Positions 1 to 9,706 of a stretch of DNA of 64,000 nucleotides are shown piece after piece. Origin of the DNA: Obrimoposthia wandeli (lineage: Eukaryota); assembly GCA_977020255.1 (NCBI GenBank), contig CDROCS010003797.1, forward strand, positions 186,001-250,000, in the 5' to 3' direction. How positions within the stretch are numbered: position 1 is the stretch's first letter; every line of letters starts with the position of its first letter. The notes beneath the pieces are model-generated. The model did no database searches, had not been told where the DNA came from, and worked only from the letters and a program-made list of their open reading frames with translations. The position numbers were made by a program, and so were the translations under genes.

Positions 1-345
1 TTCGCGACGCTCATCACGACGGTCTTCTTTAGCAACAGCCATAGCTGAAGCTTCAGTAACCGCGTCTTTAGTGCGCATAATCATGTTACGAATAACAACA
101 TCGTTATAACGGAAAGAAGTTTCTAATTCATCAATAACTGCTTGTGGCGCTTCAATGTTAATTAAAACATAGTGTGCTTTGTGCAATTTATTGATTGGGT
201 AAGCTAATTGGCGACGGCCCCAGTCTTCAAGACGGTGGATTTTGCCTTCAGCAGTAGTGACGATGTCACTATAACGCTGAATCATAGCTGGTACTTGTTC
301 ACTCTGATCAGGGTGAACCATAAATACGATTTCGTAATGACGCAT
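1..345 (-). CDS. rpsF: 30S ribosomal protein S6 (runs off the left edge; absent from the ORF track)
   Basis: Manual translation from ATG at 345 gives [25 protein letters not shown]...[23 protein letters not shown], the canonical S6 sequence. Confidence 0.98.
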   Translation of the reverse strand, partial: MRHYEIVFMVHPDQSEQVPAMIQRYSDIVTTAEGKIHRLEDWGRRQLAYPINKLHKAHYVLINIEAPQAVIDELETSFRYNDVVIRNMIMRTKDAVTEASAMAVAKEDRRDERRE

Positions 346-347
346 TA

Positions 348-410
348 CGAGCTCCTTACGGTTGTAGCCTCATTGTCTGGCTCAGCCAACACCAGTTGAG
401 GCAAGGAACA
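348..410 (-). promoter_or_regulatory. rpsF 5' leader, probable S6:S18 autoregulatory RNA
   Basis: Minus strand CCTTGCCTCAACTGGTGTTGGCTGAGCCAGACAATGAGGCTACAACCGTAAGGAG: a hairpin-rich leader with CCG next to the SD, like the enterobacterial rpsF leader. Confidence 0.65.
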
Positions 411-437
411 AAAGTTCAGGCTGAATTAAGGACGCGT

Positions 438-466
438 ATTGTAGGGAAAATGAGCAGCAAAGGCAA
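438..466 (-). promoter_or_regulatory. sigma70 promoter of rpsF with GC-rich discriminator
   Basis: TTGCCT-17bp-TACAAT followed by ACGCG. Confidence 0.75.
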
Positions 467-526
467 GCACTAGTTTTAACCGCAAAGTGGATACTTAAAG
501 CGAGCTGAATAAATCTCGGTAAAAAC

Positions 527-556
527 AAAAATAGCCACCTAAGTGACTATTTTTTT
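527..556 (-). terminator. Intrinsic terminator after the ydgA-like gene
   Basis: Minus strand AATAGTCAC-TTAG-GTGGCTATT followed by a T-run. Confidence 0.7.
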
Positions 557-613
557 GATAAATTTAACTAAACCGAAATTTATCTATTTTCGAATTAAAG
601 TGCCACCTCAAAA

Positions 614-1912
614 CTACAAAGCAATAGCTTGACCATTAACCATTAATTGACCTTGAACAAACTGAGCAACAAAAGACAGTTCAGCCTCTTTTTTAATGAT
701 AAAACCTTGCTCAATGTACATGTTTATCATACCTTCAAGGCCCATTTTTTGAAAAAATGCTAGCGGTGCAACGCCCTTAGCATCGGCTTTTAGTGCGGCA
801 ATAATGCTCATTGGATTCGCTTGGTCATAGCGAGTGTGATCAACAATGAGTTGTAAATCAGATTTAATAGCACCTTCAGGTGTTAAGACACTAAAATCAT
901 TGATAGTAAACTCAGGGTCTTTTGCTAAAAGTTTTACAGCAACAGTCATTAATTGTTGATTATAATGTTCAAAATTTTCAGGATCTTGTTGCATTTTCGT
1001 CGCCCAATCATTTATTTCCATCAACACTTTTGGATCTAAGCGATTAAAAGAAAGGTCTAAATTCAGTTTTTCAAGCGCTTGACCTGCGCCTGTAAAACGC
1101 TCAGCACCATACTTGACACCAATATTCATTAATTCGTCTTTAAGTTGACTGTCGGCAGACAAGGTTAAATTTTTAATACTCAACAACTCATTGCCTTGAT
1201 TATCTTGGGCAGAAATACTTTTCATCAACATAGAAAAGTCACCTATTGATAGGCCGTTACCGCTATAAATATCACCGTCAATAATTTCTTGAGAAAAGGT
1301 TGATTCTAGTGGCGACAATTGAACATTTGCTTCTGGTCCTTTAAAATCCAGACCTGACCAATTTAAGTAGCCAGTGATATACTTTTCATCTTCTAGCGTA
1401 AATTCGCTGTCTAAAGCGCCGATATCAATAGTGTTGCCATCTTCTTCAAATGTCGTCGCCGCCATCATCACTTTTGTCGTGTAATTTAAGCCATAACTTA
1501 TGATTGATGAAATAGTGAGTTTTTCATTCAACTGATTAGTGAACTCAATAATATCGAGTTGTGCTTCTTGATCTAAGCTTGAGACATCAAAGTCCAAATC
1601 GGCATTTGAGTGTGCCAAGGCAAAATTAACACTATTATCGGCAAAAATAACAGGACCAAACGTCAGCTGTTCATTAACAACGATATGAAAGTTTTCTATT
1701 TCAGCAGAAACGCCTTTAATCTTCATTTTGGTAACAGACTGGCCAGAAAACCAATCTCTTGTGAAGCTACGTTCAATAATTTCAACTGATGGATGGTCGA
1801 CAAAACGACTAGCGATATCATCATATTTTTTTTCAACAATACTACCAATAACTTTTGGGCCAACTAAACCAACACAGACAATAGCGCCAAGGGCTACAAC
1901 AACTTTTTTCAT
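614..1912 (-). CDS. YdgA/DUF945 family protein
   Basis: N-terminal membrane anchor (MKKVVVALGAIVCVGLVGP), then RSFTRDWFSGQS, GPVIF and C-terminal GQLMVNG typical of YdgA. Confidence 0.8.
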   Translation of the reverse strand: MKKVVVALGAIVCVGLVGPKVIGSIVEKKYDDIASRFVDHPSVEIIERSFTRDWFSGQSVTKMKIKGVSAEIENFHIVVNEQLTFGPVIFADNSVNFALAHSNADLDFDVSSLDQEAQLDIIEFTNQLNEKLTISSIISYGLNYTTKVMMAATTFEEDGNTIDIGALDSEFTLEDEKYITGYLNWSGLDFKGPEANVQLSPLESTFSQEIIDGDIYSGNGLSIGDFSMLMKSISAQDNQGNELLSIKNLTLSADSQLKDELMNIGVKYGAERFTGAGQALEKLNLDLSFNRLDPKVLMEINDWATKMQQDPENFEHYNQQLMTVAVKLLAKDPEFTINDFSVLTPEGAIKSDLQLIVDHTRYDQANPMSIIAALKADAKGVAPLAFFQKMGLEGMINMYIEQGFIIKKEAELSFVAQFVQGQLMVNGQAIAL

Positions 1913-2029
1913 TTTATTTTCCTATATTCCTTTAAATACCACTTCCGTATTAACTTAATAAAACAACGTGATACATCTATTTTTAATGAACTAATGAACT
2001 TACAATATTACTTTGAAACAGCGTTAAAA

Positions 2030-2788
2030 CTAGCCCTGTAAACGTTGCCTTACTATTTCAAATAAACAAATACCTGTCGCCACTGACACGTTCAAACTAG
2101 AGACACTTCCTGCCATAGGCAATTTAACAAGTTGATCGCAGTTTTCACGTGTTAAACGACGCATGCCTTTACCTTCAGCTCCCATAACAAGCGCCATTGG
2201 GCCCGAAAGTTTTTCGTCATATAAGCAACTATCCGTTTCACCGGCTGTACCAATAATCCATACGCCCATTTGTTGCAAGGCTTTCATGGTTCTTGATAAA
2301 TTTGTTACTTGCACTAACGGCACACTTTCTGCAGCACCTACGGCGACTTTTCGCACCGTTGCCGTTAAGCGTGCAGCGTTATCTTTGGGAACGATGATCG
2401 CTTGTACACCTGCTGCATCAGCATTTCGCAAACACGCACCTAAATTATGCGGATCAGTGACACCATCTAAAATTAATAGAAAAGGCGCTTGCCCTTTACG
2501 CTCGGCATCAGCAAGAATGTCATCTAAATCAGTTTCGGTGAAGGTCTTACCAGGCTTAACGCGCGCAACAACACCTTGATGCTGTTCGTCGTCACTTTTA
2601 TCATCTAATACTTTACGACTGGCCATTTGCGCGGGAATGCCATATTGTTTTGCTAAATCGATAATCGGCATCAGACGATCGTCTTCTCGTCCTTTTAGTA
2701 ACCATAATTCGATAAATCGTTCAGGGGCATGTTCAATCAAGGCTTTTACTGCATGTATACCGAACACTAACTCTTCTTGCTTTGCCAT
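2030..2788 (-). CDS. rlmB: 23S rRNA (guanosine-2251-2'-O)-methyltransferase
   Basis: SPOUT motifs [33 protein letters not shown]; directly downstream of rnr. Confidence 0.96.
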   Translation of the reverse strand: MAKQEELVFGIHAVKALIEHAPERFIELWLLKGREDDRLMPIIDLAKQYGIPAQMASRKVLDDKSDDEQHQGVVARVKPGKTFTETDLDDILADAERKGQAPFLLILDGVTDPHNLGACLRNADAAGVQAIIVPKDNAARLTATVRKVAVGAAESVPLVQVTNLSRTMKALQQMGVWIIGTAGETDSCLYDEKLSGPMALVMGAEGKGMRRLTRENCDQLVKLPMAGSVSSLNVSVATGICLFEIVRQRLQG

Positions 2789-2871
2789 AAGTTTTCTATC
2801 TTTCTCTATTCAATCAATAATTTATAAGGCCATCTACTCACTAGGTAAAATGACCTTTATGGGGCATCTGG

Positions 2872-5319
2872 CTAAGCGTCTGCTTTTCGGGCATTTTTAC
2901 CTGGGCGTTTTTTTCTCGCCTTACGCTTTTTTGCTTTAGTGGTTGTTTTATCACTCACTTTAGCGCTAGATTTCACTGGTTTTTTATTTGCCTTTTCTTG
3001 CTCGTCTTGCGATTTTGACTTGTCGTTAGTGCGCTTGCCACGTTTATGTTTGTCTGAGCTTTTACCTTTAGGCAATGGTTTAGCACGTTTAATAACAGCA
3101 TTTTCGCCCGCTAGTGCTAAATCAATTTTTTTCTCATCAAGGTTGACTGCAGCGACCTTTACTTCAATGGTATCGCCAATACGATATTTCAAACCGCTAT
3201 TTTCGCCTGATAAACACATACGTACATCATCAAAATGATAATAGTCATGCCCTAACGAAGTAATGTGTACTAAGCCTTCAATGTGCAAATCAGCCAAACG
3301 AACAAATAAGCCAAAGTTAGTTACTGTTGATATCACGCCAGTAAAAGTATCACCGACATGATCCTGCATGTATTCACATTTCAGCCAATCAGCAACATCT
3401 CGCGTTGCTTCATCAGCGCGGCGCTCAGTCATCGAGCAATGCTCTCCAAGCTCAATAACAGCCTCAGGCGTGAAATTGTAACCGCCGGCATTAGCTTCAT
3501 CTTTAGCTTGTTCATCTAAAATAGCTTTAATAACACGATGCACCACTAAATCAGGGTAACGACGTATCGGTGAGGTGAAATGACTATAAGAGGGTAGCGC
3601 TAAACCAAAATGACCAATATTCTCGCTTTGATAAACGGCTTGGCGCATTGAGCGTAATAGCATTGTTTGGATCAATTCTTGATCAGGGCGACCAGCAATG
3701 CTTTCTAAGATATGACAATAATCTCTCGGCTCTGGCTGGGCTTTACGTTCGCCCATAGACGATAAATCAAGGCCTAGCTCGTTAACGTAACTTAGAAAAT
3801 TATTATATTTGTCTTCACTTGGTTTATCGTGAACTCGGAATAATCCTGGCTTTTTATGCTTTTCAATAAATTCTGCTGTCGCAACGTTAGCTAAAATCAT
3901 ACATTCTTCAATGATTTTATGTGCATCGTTACGCACCATGGCAACAATAGATTCTATTTTGCGTTCGCTATTAAAAAGAAACTGAGATTCTGTGGTTTCA
4001 AAGGCGATAGCACCACGTTTGGCACGCGCACTAGCTAGCACATGATACATGCTATTAAGATTTTCTAAGTCCGGCACTAATGTTTGATACTGTGTCCGTA
4101 ACTCAGCACGGTAATCTTCATCTTTTTGCTCAGGATTTACCCCTAAAATGGTCGCTACTTTGCTATAAGTAAAGCGCGCTTTCGAGCGCATCACTGCTGG
4201 GTAGAATGTAGAGTCACAAAGATCACCGGCGGCGCTAATCGTCATTTCACAAACCATACAAAGACGATCAACATCTGGGTTTAGTGAACAAAGTCCGTTA
4301 GAGAGCTTCTCGGGCAGCATTGGAATAACTTGGCTAGGAAAGTAGACTGAATTACCACGAGAGATGGCTTCATCATCCAATGCCGTTTTATTACGTACAT
4401 AATAGCTAACATCCGCTATAGCAACCCATAGTGTCCAACCGCCGTCGGCTTTCGGTCGACAATAAACTGCGTCGTCAAAATCGCGAGCGTCTTCGCCATC
4501 GATAGTCACTAATGGTAGGTCACGTAGATCAACTCTAGGTGCTTTAGCCGACTCCTCAACTTCATCCGCAATACCACTAACTTCAGCAATAACTTCAGCA
4601 GAAAACTGATTAGGAAGATCATGCTCACGTAAGGCTATTTCGATTTCCATACCAGGAGCCATGTGCTCACCAAGTACCTCAATCACTTTGCCAACAGCAT
4701 TCGAACGTTTGGTTGGACGTTGAATAACTTCAACCACAACAACTTCGCCATGACGAGCACCGAGCTTTTTATCGGGTTGAATCAAAATATCTTGTTGAAT
4801 ACGTGCGTCATCGGGTACTACACAAGCAATATGATGATCAACATAGAACCTGCCAACAACACCAGCACTTCGGGGTTCAACCACATTAAGAATTTTGACT
4901 TCCTTACGGCCTTTACGATCTGTGCGATCAAGCAAAATGGCTTCAACGGTATCACCATGAATAACACGCTTCATTTCATAAGAAGAAATATATAAATCTT
5001 TGCCACCATCCACAGGGGCAAAAAAGCCAAAACCATCACGATGACCAATCACTTTGCCCGTTAACACGTCACTTCGGCTAGCGATGGCATATTGTTTAAA
5101 TTTATTAAACACAATTTGACCGCTATTTTCCATCGCACGCAAACGGTGCTTTAAGCCAACCAACATATCCTCATCGGTATATTGCAGTTGCTTAACAATG
5201 GCTTTGAACGTTGGTGGGATATTTGATTTTTCAATCAATGACAATAGCAGCTCACGGCTGGCTACGGGTTTGTCATATTTGTCAGCTTCACGCTGTTGGT
5301 GCGGGTCTTTTTCGGTCAC
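2872..5319 (-). CDS. rnr: Ribonuclease R
   Basis: GHRDGFGF cold-shock domain, RNB motifs TIDGEDARDFDDA and HFTSPIRRYPDL, S1 domain, basic C-terminal tail. Confidence 0.97.
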   Translation of the reverse strand: MTEKDPHQQREADKYDKPVASRELLLSLIEKSNIPPTFKAIVKQLQYTDEDMLVGLKHRLRAMENSGQIVFNKFKQYAIASRSDVLTGKVIGHRDGFGFFAPVDGGKDLYISSYEMKRVIHGDTVEAILLDRTDRKGRKEVKILNVVEPRSAGVVGRFYVDHHIACVVPDDARIQQDILIQPDKKLGARHGEVVVVEVIQRPTKRSNAVGKVIEVLGEHMAPGMEIEIALREHDLPNQFSAEVIAEVSGIADEVEESAKAPRVDLRDLPLVTIDGEDARDFDDAVYCRPKADGGWTLWVAIADVSYYVRNKTALDDEAISRGNSVYFPSQVIPMLPEKLSNGLCSLNPDVDRLCMVCEMTISAAGDLCDSTFYPAVMRSKARFTYSKVATILGVNPEQKDEDYRAELRTQYQTLVPDLENLNSMYHVLASARAKRGAIAFETTESQFLFNSERKIESIVAMVRNDAHKIIEECMILANVATAEFIEKHKKPGLFRVHDKPSEDKYNNFLSYVNELGLDLSSMGERKAQPEPRDYCHILESIAGRPDQELIQTMLLRSMRQAVYQSENIGHFGLALPSYSHFTSPIRRYPDLVVHRVIKAILDEQAKDEANAGGYNFTPEAVIELGEHCSMTERRADEATRDVADWLKCEYMQDHVGDTFTGVISTVTNFGLFVRLADLHIEGLVHITSLGHDYYHFDDVRMCLSGENSGLKYRIGDTIEVKVAAVNLDEKKIDLALAGENAVIKRAKPLPKGKSSDKHKRGKRTNDKSKSQDEQEKANKKPVKSSAKVSDKTTTKAKKRKARKKRPGKNARKADA

Positions 5320-5365
5320 ATTTATTCGATAATGGTTTTTTGTTTAGTATATCGTAGATTAACTA

Positions 5366-5391
5366 TATACCCAAGAGACTTCAAGGTGTAA
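5366..5391. repeat. Solo terminal inverted repeat of the ERIC-like MITE family seen at 31523-31885
   Basis: TATACCCAAGAGACTTCAAGGTGTAA matches the right TIR TATACCCAAGCCACTTGAAGATGCAG at 20/26 by manual alignment. Confidence 0.55.
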
Positions 5392-5547
5392 GGATTTGCT
5401 GTTTTGCTAGTCTTTAATTTTAAATATTAAGCTCAAACCATAGCGTTTGCCATAAATCAAATAGCGATAATGAGCTTATGTTGCTTATCCAGAGTTCAGG
5501 TTAAGTCAGTAATTATAAGAGAAAGTGTACACCTTAAAGTGAAGCGG

Positions 5548-6165
5548 TTAATACTTTCCGTTCTTTGCCGCATTAACAACGCGCTCAGGCATTTTCGTTG
5601 CCAGTTTGGCTAAGTGTTGCGCTATATTCTTATGCACTTTTTTATCATCAGTTACTGATTGGTGCAACTGCACATATAGCTCAGGAAAATCTAGTGGGCT
5701 ACCATAGCCAGCAGAATAAAGTTCTGCCAATCGCAACTGCGCTTTTAAGTTATTCAATGCCGCAGACTCTTTCAGAAAAATAAGCGCTTGGTTAATATCC
5801 ACCTGAACAAACTTACCGAGATGATAATAACGCCCCATTTGCTCTAAAGCCTCAGACAAGCCCTGATCAGCAGAAGCTTGCATAAAATGTAATCCTAAAG
5901 GCACATCTTTTTTGACACAAACACCATAAGCGAGCATATCGCCCCAAAGAAACTGATACGATGGCATTTGAGATTTAACAGCTCGCACTTGAATATCTTG
6001 CACTAATTGACAATCATCAATAACCACCTGGCTCAAATGCTTATTTTCTTTTATCAAATCCAATAGCACGTTGTCACTATAGATTTGCACAGCACTCAAT
6101 TCAGCAGCTGAAGCGCTAATAACGTTAACGACTGATAATAAAGTGGCGATAAGTAATCGTTGCAT
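5548..6165 (-). CDS. motX: Sodium-driven flagellar motor protein MotX (Sel1/TPR-like repeats)
   Basis: Signal peptide; QFLWGDMLAYGVCV, ALEQMGRYY, YGSPLD and KMPERVV resemble Vibrio MotX. Confidence 0.85.
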   Translation of the reverse strand: MQRLLIATLLSVVNVISASAAELSAVQIYSDNVLLDLIKENKHLSQVVIDDCQLVQDIQVRAVKSQMPSYQFLWGDMLAYGVCVKKDVPLGLHFMQASADQGLSEALEQMGRYYHLGKFVQVDINQALIFLKESAALNNLKAQLRLAELYSAGYGSPLDFPELYVQLHQSVTDDKKVHKNIAQHLAKLATKMPERVVNAAKNGKY

Positions 6166-6212
6166 AATATCTCTTTTACTGGGATGTAATGGTATAACTG
6201 ATGCTATTATTT

Positions 6213-6240
6213 ATATCGTCACATCAGAGCAATATCTTTA
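6213..6240 (-). promoter_or_regulatory. Putative sigma28 (FliA) promoter of motX
   Basis: Minus strand TAAAG-N15-GACGATAT against consensus TAAAG-N15-GCCGATAA. Confidence 0.65.
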
Positions 6241-6854
6241 ATAAAAATTATTTAAATTTATCACTAAATAAGTAAGTTCCCCTAGATAGTTAGTTATCAG
6301 GTGACCTATCACTTTTAAAGCCTAAGCAATAACTCAGGAAATAATCGTCAAAAATATCTCAATAATAGCGTACCTGGGTAACGTCATCTTATAAACTAAG
6401 CAAATATAATACCAATAAAGTGTCATATTTTCAGTGTTAGTCAGCGTAAAAGTACTAACTTCTCTAATGACGGTCCAAGTGGACATAGCTGAAAATTCTA
6501 CGAGCATATATTGACTAGCATACAGCTCTCAACAGAATACCATGAACCAAAGCCATAAGAATCCTGAGAGTATTATGGCTTTAAACTTTATTGGCTTCCT
6601 TCTGAGCAAAAATACACTATATTTTATTAACCAATAGGATTCATATAGCGCTGCGATCCAACACAGCAAGTGCTTTAGCTCGCACCTTGTTATCATTGCA
6701 AGTGATAAAGTAGTGATAGCTGCGTCGCAAATGGCAATATATGATTAATTATCATGTTGTTTATCCTTCTATAGCAGAGTATTAGCCCTCTAAGGGAGCA
6801 TAACTATGCAAATGCAAAGCAATCATTTAAAAGTACAGGTTACTTAGCCTTATT

Positions 6855-8024
6855 ATGATGATAAAAGTCGCTATTAGTGATTTAAAGAAAGGCCATTTTG
6901 TTGTTGATATTGTTGAACAACACGGGACTTATAATTTAACGCGCGCTGGCCATATTAAAAATAATGACATTATTAACGCTTTAAAAGCTAAAGGCGTTGA
7001 GTCGGTGTTAATTGACAGTACCAAAACAATTGACGATGCACTGAGTGTTAACCTCACTGAAAATCATGAAAAATCGAAGCCGGTGATCCTCGAGGTAACT
7101 AAAGCTAAAAAGCTTTTTGATGAATCGAAAAAACTTCAGCAGCAAATACTCATTGATGTCCAGCAAGGCCGAGCCATCAATATTGGTCCTGTTATTGAAG
7201 CAACTAAAAACACCATTTCGTCAATATTCAAAAATCCTGATGCATTAATCTGTGTTATCAGTATTCGTAATAAAGACGAGTATTTATTAGAACACTCGGT
7301 TTCGGTTTCTGTATTTATGACGGTATTCGCTCGTTTCTTAAAAATAGAACAAAAGATTATTCAGCAACTGGCTATTGGTGCATTTTTACACGACATAGGA
7401 AAAATTAAGGTACCCGACCGGATATTAAACAAAGCAGGAAAGTTAACAAAACAAGAATATAAAATTATTCAAAAACATGTAAATCACTCCATTGATATTA
7501 TCAAAGCAACCCCGCACATTTCGCCATTAAGTTTAGAGGTGGCCGCTCAGCATCATGAACGCTCAGACGGCTCAGGCTACCCGATGAAATTAAAGCAAAG
7601 CGAAATTTCTAACTATGGCGCTATGATTGCCATTTGTGATGTTTTTGACGCGCTAACAGCAGACCGTTGCTATAAAGAAAGTTACAGCCATATTAAAGCC
7701 TTTAGCATTTTGAGAAACTTAGCGCAGCAAGGAAAACTTGTACCAAGATTAGTTGATTTATTTATTAAATGTTTGGGTGTATATCCGGTAGGTACCTTAG
7801 TAGAGCTAAATTCCCACCACTTAGCTATCGTTGAAAGAAGTAATCAAGAAGACCCTATTAACCCAAAAGTTCGCGGCTTTTACAACATTGAAAAACAAAG
7901 ATATGTTATGACAAAAAATATTGATTTAGCAAAAGATAGTGACTTTATTATTCGTGGTGTAACGGCAAAGGAGTACAAATTAGATATGAACAAAATTATC
8001 GAATTTTTATTATTAGAGGGATAA
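6855..8024 (+). CDS. HD-GYP c-di-GMP phosphodiesterase with DUF3391-like N-terminus
   Basis: LHDIGK, HHERSDGSGYP, DVFDALTADRCYK. Confidence 0.88.
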   Translation: MMIKVAISDLKKGHFVVDIVEQHGTYNLTRAGHIKNNDIINALKAKGVESVLIDSTKTIDDALSVNLTENHEKSKPVILEVTKAKKLFDESKKLQQQILIDVQQGRAINIGPVIEATKNTISSIFKNPDALICVISIRNKDEYLLEHSVSVSVFMTVFARFLKIEQKIIQQLAIGAFLHDIGKIKVPDRILNKAGKLTKQEYKIIQKHVNHSIDIIKATPHISPLSLEVAAQHHERSDGSGYPMKLKQSEISNYGAMIAICDVFDALTADRCYKESYSHIKAFSILRNLAQQGKLVPRLVDLFIKCLGVYPVGTLVELNSHHLAIVERSNQEDPINPKVRGFYNIEKQRYVMTKNIDLAKDSDFIIRGVTAKEYKLDMNKIIEFLLLEG

Positions 8025-8104
8025 GAAAAGTTTGAATAAGAGTGAAAATAACAAACCTGAAAAATCAATCAGGCTTGTTATTATAAAGACTTTGATAAAA
8101 CTCG

Positions 8105-9514
8105 CTACTTGCGAAAATCTACTGGAGCTTGTGCTGCGAAATAAGCATACATTGCATAGATTGCGGTATTAAATTTTAATGCTTTAGGTTCAACTTTATC
8201 CAAAGTATCATTTTCAGTGTGATGATAATCAAAATAATTTGAGCCATCAGGTGCGAAGTTAATACTTGGCATACCTTCGTTGCTTAAAGCGCTCATATCA
8301 GATTGACCTTTCGCATCATTATCCGGTGATAATGACACTCCCATCGGAGCCAAATACTGCGCTAGCTCTCGAATAGCATTTAACGATTGTGCGCCAACAC
8401 CTGGAGTCATTTTATAGATACGTCCAATACCGAAATCCCACTCGGCACCAATAACATGGTTAGCCATGTCATTTTTATGATCGATCACATACTGTTTGGC
8501 ACCTAATAAACCCACTTCTTCAGCAGCAAATAAAATCACTCGAATAGTACGCTTTGGGCGTTTAGGTAGTTGCCCAATATGGTGTGCCGCGGCGACAACC
8601 ATGCCTATGCCTAAGCCGTCATCCAATGCTCCGGTACCTACATCCCAACTATCTAAATGCGCACCTAAAGCAACAATTTCGTCTGGCAATTCACTGCCTG
8701 TAAATTCACCGATAACATTGGCTGATGTTGCAACAACTTCAGCGTCAGTTTTCGCGGTCATTTGCAGGTACATGCTAACTTCACCGCCACGCTTTAATTG
8801 GTTAACTAACAAATCAGCATCAGGATTCGATAGCGTTGCTGCTGGGATTTTCTTTACATCATCTTTATAACGCATCACGCCAGTATGGGCGGTACGATTA
8901 TTGTCGGTACCTACAGAACGCATCACTAAGGCTGAAGCGCCCTTTTGTGCAGCGACTACAGCACCATTAACTCGTGTTCCTACGGCAGCGCCATAACCTT
9001 TGCCATCGATATGACGTTCCATTTGGTATGAAACAAAAGCTATTTTGCCACCAAGACTATCATCTGGAGCAGCCTTTAAGTCTGCAAATGTAGCGAAATG
9101 GGCAATGTTAGCTGTTAAACCTGCTTTAGCCGTACCAATACTACCACCTAAAGCTAGCACGACAACATCGTGCGGATAAGGCGCAACAATGCGTGCCTTA
9201 GCTTCACCACGTAACCAATAACTACCCGTTACTTCTTCAGTCCAGACTTTATCAAAACCTAACGCTTTCATTTTATCGACCGCCCAGACAATTGACTTTT
9301 TATCGCCCTCTGAACCCATCAAACGATGACCGACTTCTGTCGTTAATGACTCGATTAATTGATAAGATAAATCTGACTTTAGTGCTGTTGCTTTTAATTG
9401 CTGAAGTTGTGCTTGTTGTTCAGCATTTAATTGCTGGGCTGAAACAAAGGCAGTACTTAGACACACTGATAGTGCTAAACAAGTACTGGCAATAAAATTG
9501 ATGTTGCGCTGCAT
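8105..9514 (-). CDS. Secreted M28 family zinc peptidase (carboxypeptidase Q/aminopeptidase-like, PA domain)
   Basis: Signal peptide; GAHLDSWDVGTGALDDGLG, AAEEVGLLG, YHHTENDT. Confidence 0.88.
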   Translation of the reverse strand: MQRNINFIASTCLALSVCLSTAFVSAQQLNAEQQAQLQQLKATALKSDLSYQLIESLTTEVGHRLMGSEGDKKSIVWAVDKMKALGFDKVWTEEVTGSYWLRGEAKARIVAPYPHDVVVLALGGSIGTAKAGLTANIAHFATFADLKAAPDDSLGGKIAFVSYQMERHIDGKGYGAAVGTRVNGAVVAAQKGASALVMRSVGTDNNRTAHTGVMRYKDDVKKIPAATLSNPDADLLVNQLKRGGEVSMYLQMTAKTDAEVVATSANVIGEFTGSELPDEIVALGAHLDSWDVGTGALDDGLGIGMVVAAAHHIGQLPKRPKRTIRVILFAAEEVGLLGAKQYVIDHKNDMANHVIGAEWDFGIGRIYKMTPGVGAQSLNAIRELAQYLAPMGVSLSPDNDAKGQSDMSALSNEGMPSINFAPDGSNYFDYHHTENDTLDKVEPKALKFNTAIYAMYAYFAAQAPVDFRK

Positions 9515-9706
9515 AAATTCCCTTAAAGTGTTATTTAATTATTTAGATAAGTATCTATAAAAGTGTGTTGACTTGCAATCTGTTAGCCTTGCTATGCCAC
9601 TCTCCGTTAGTACAGCGTGTTAATAATGGTAAAAGCCCAACCACTGAATATGGTTGAGCTTTACTAAATCGATAGCGTATGTTGTTATGCCAACACTGTT
9701 ATGTCC

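Noticed and set aside
6412-6594. 10-bp inverted repeat CCAATAAAGT/ACTTTATTGG as MITE ends
   Set aside because: Too short and AT-rich, with no target duplication or second copy
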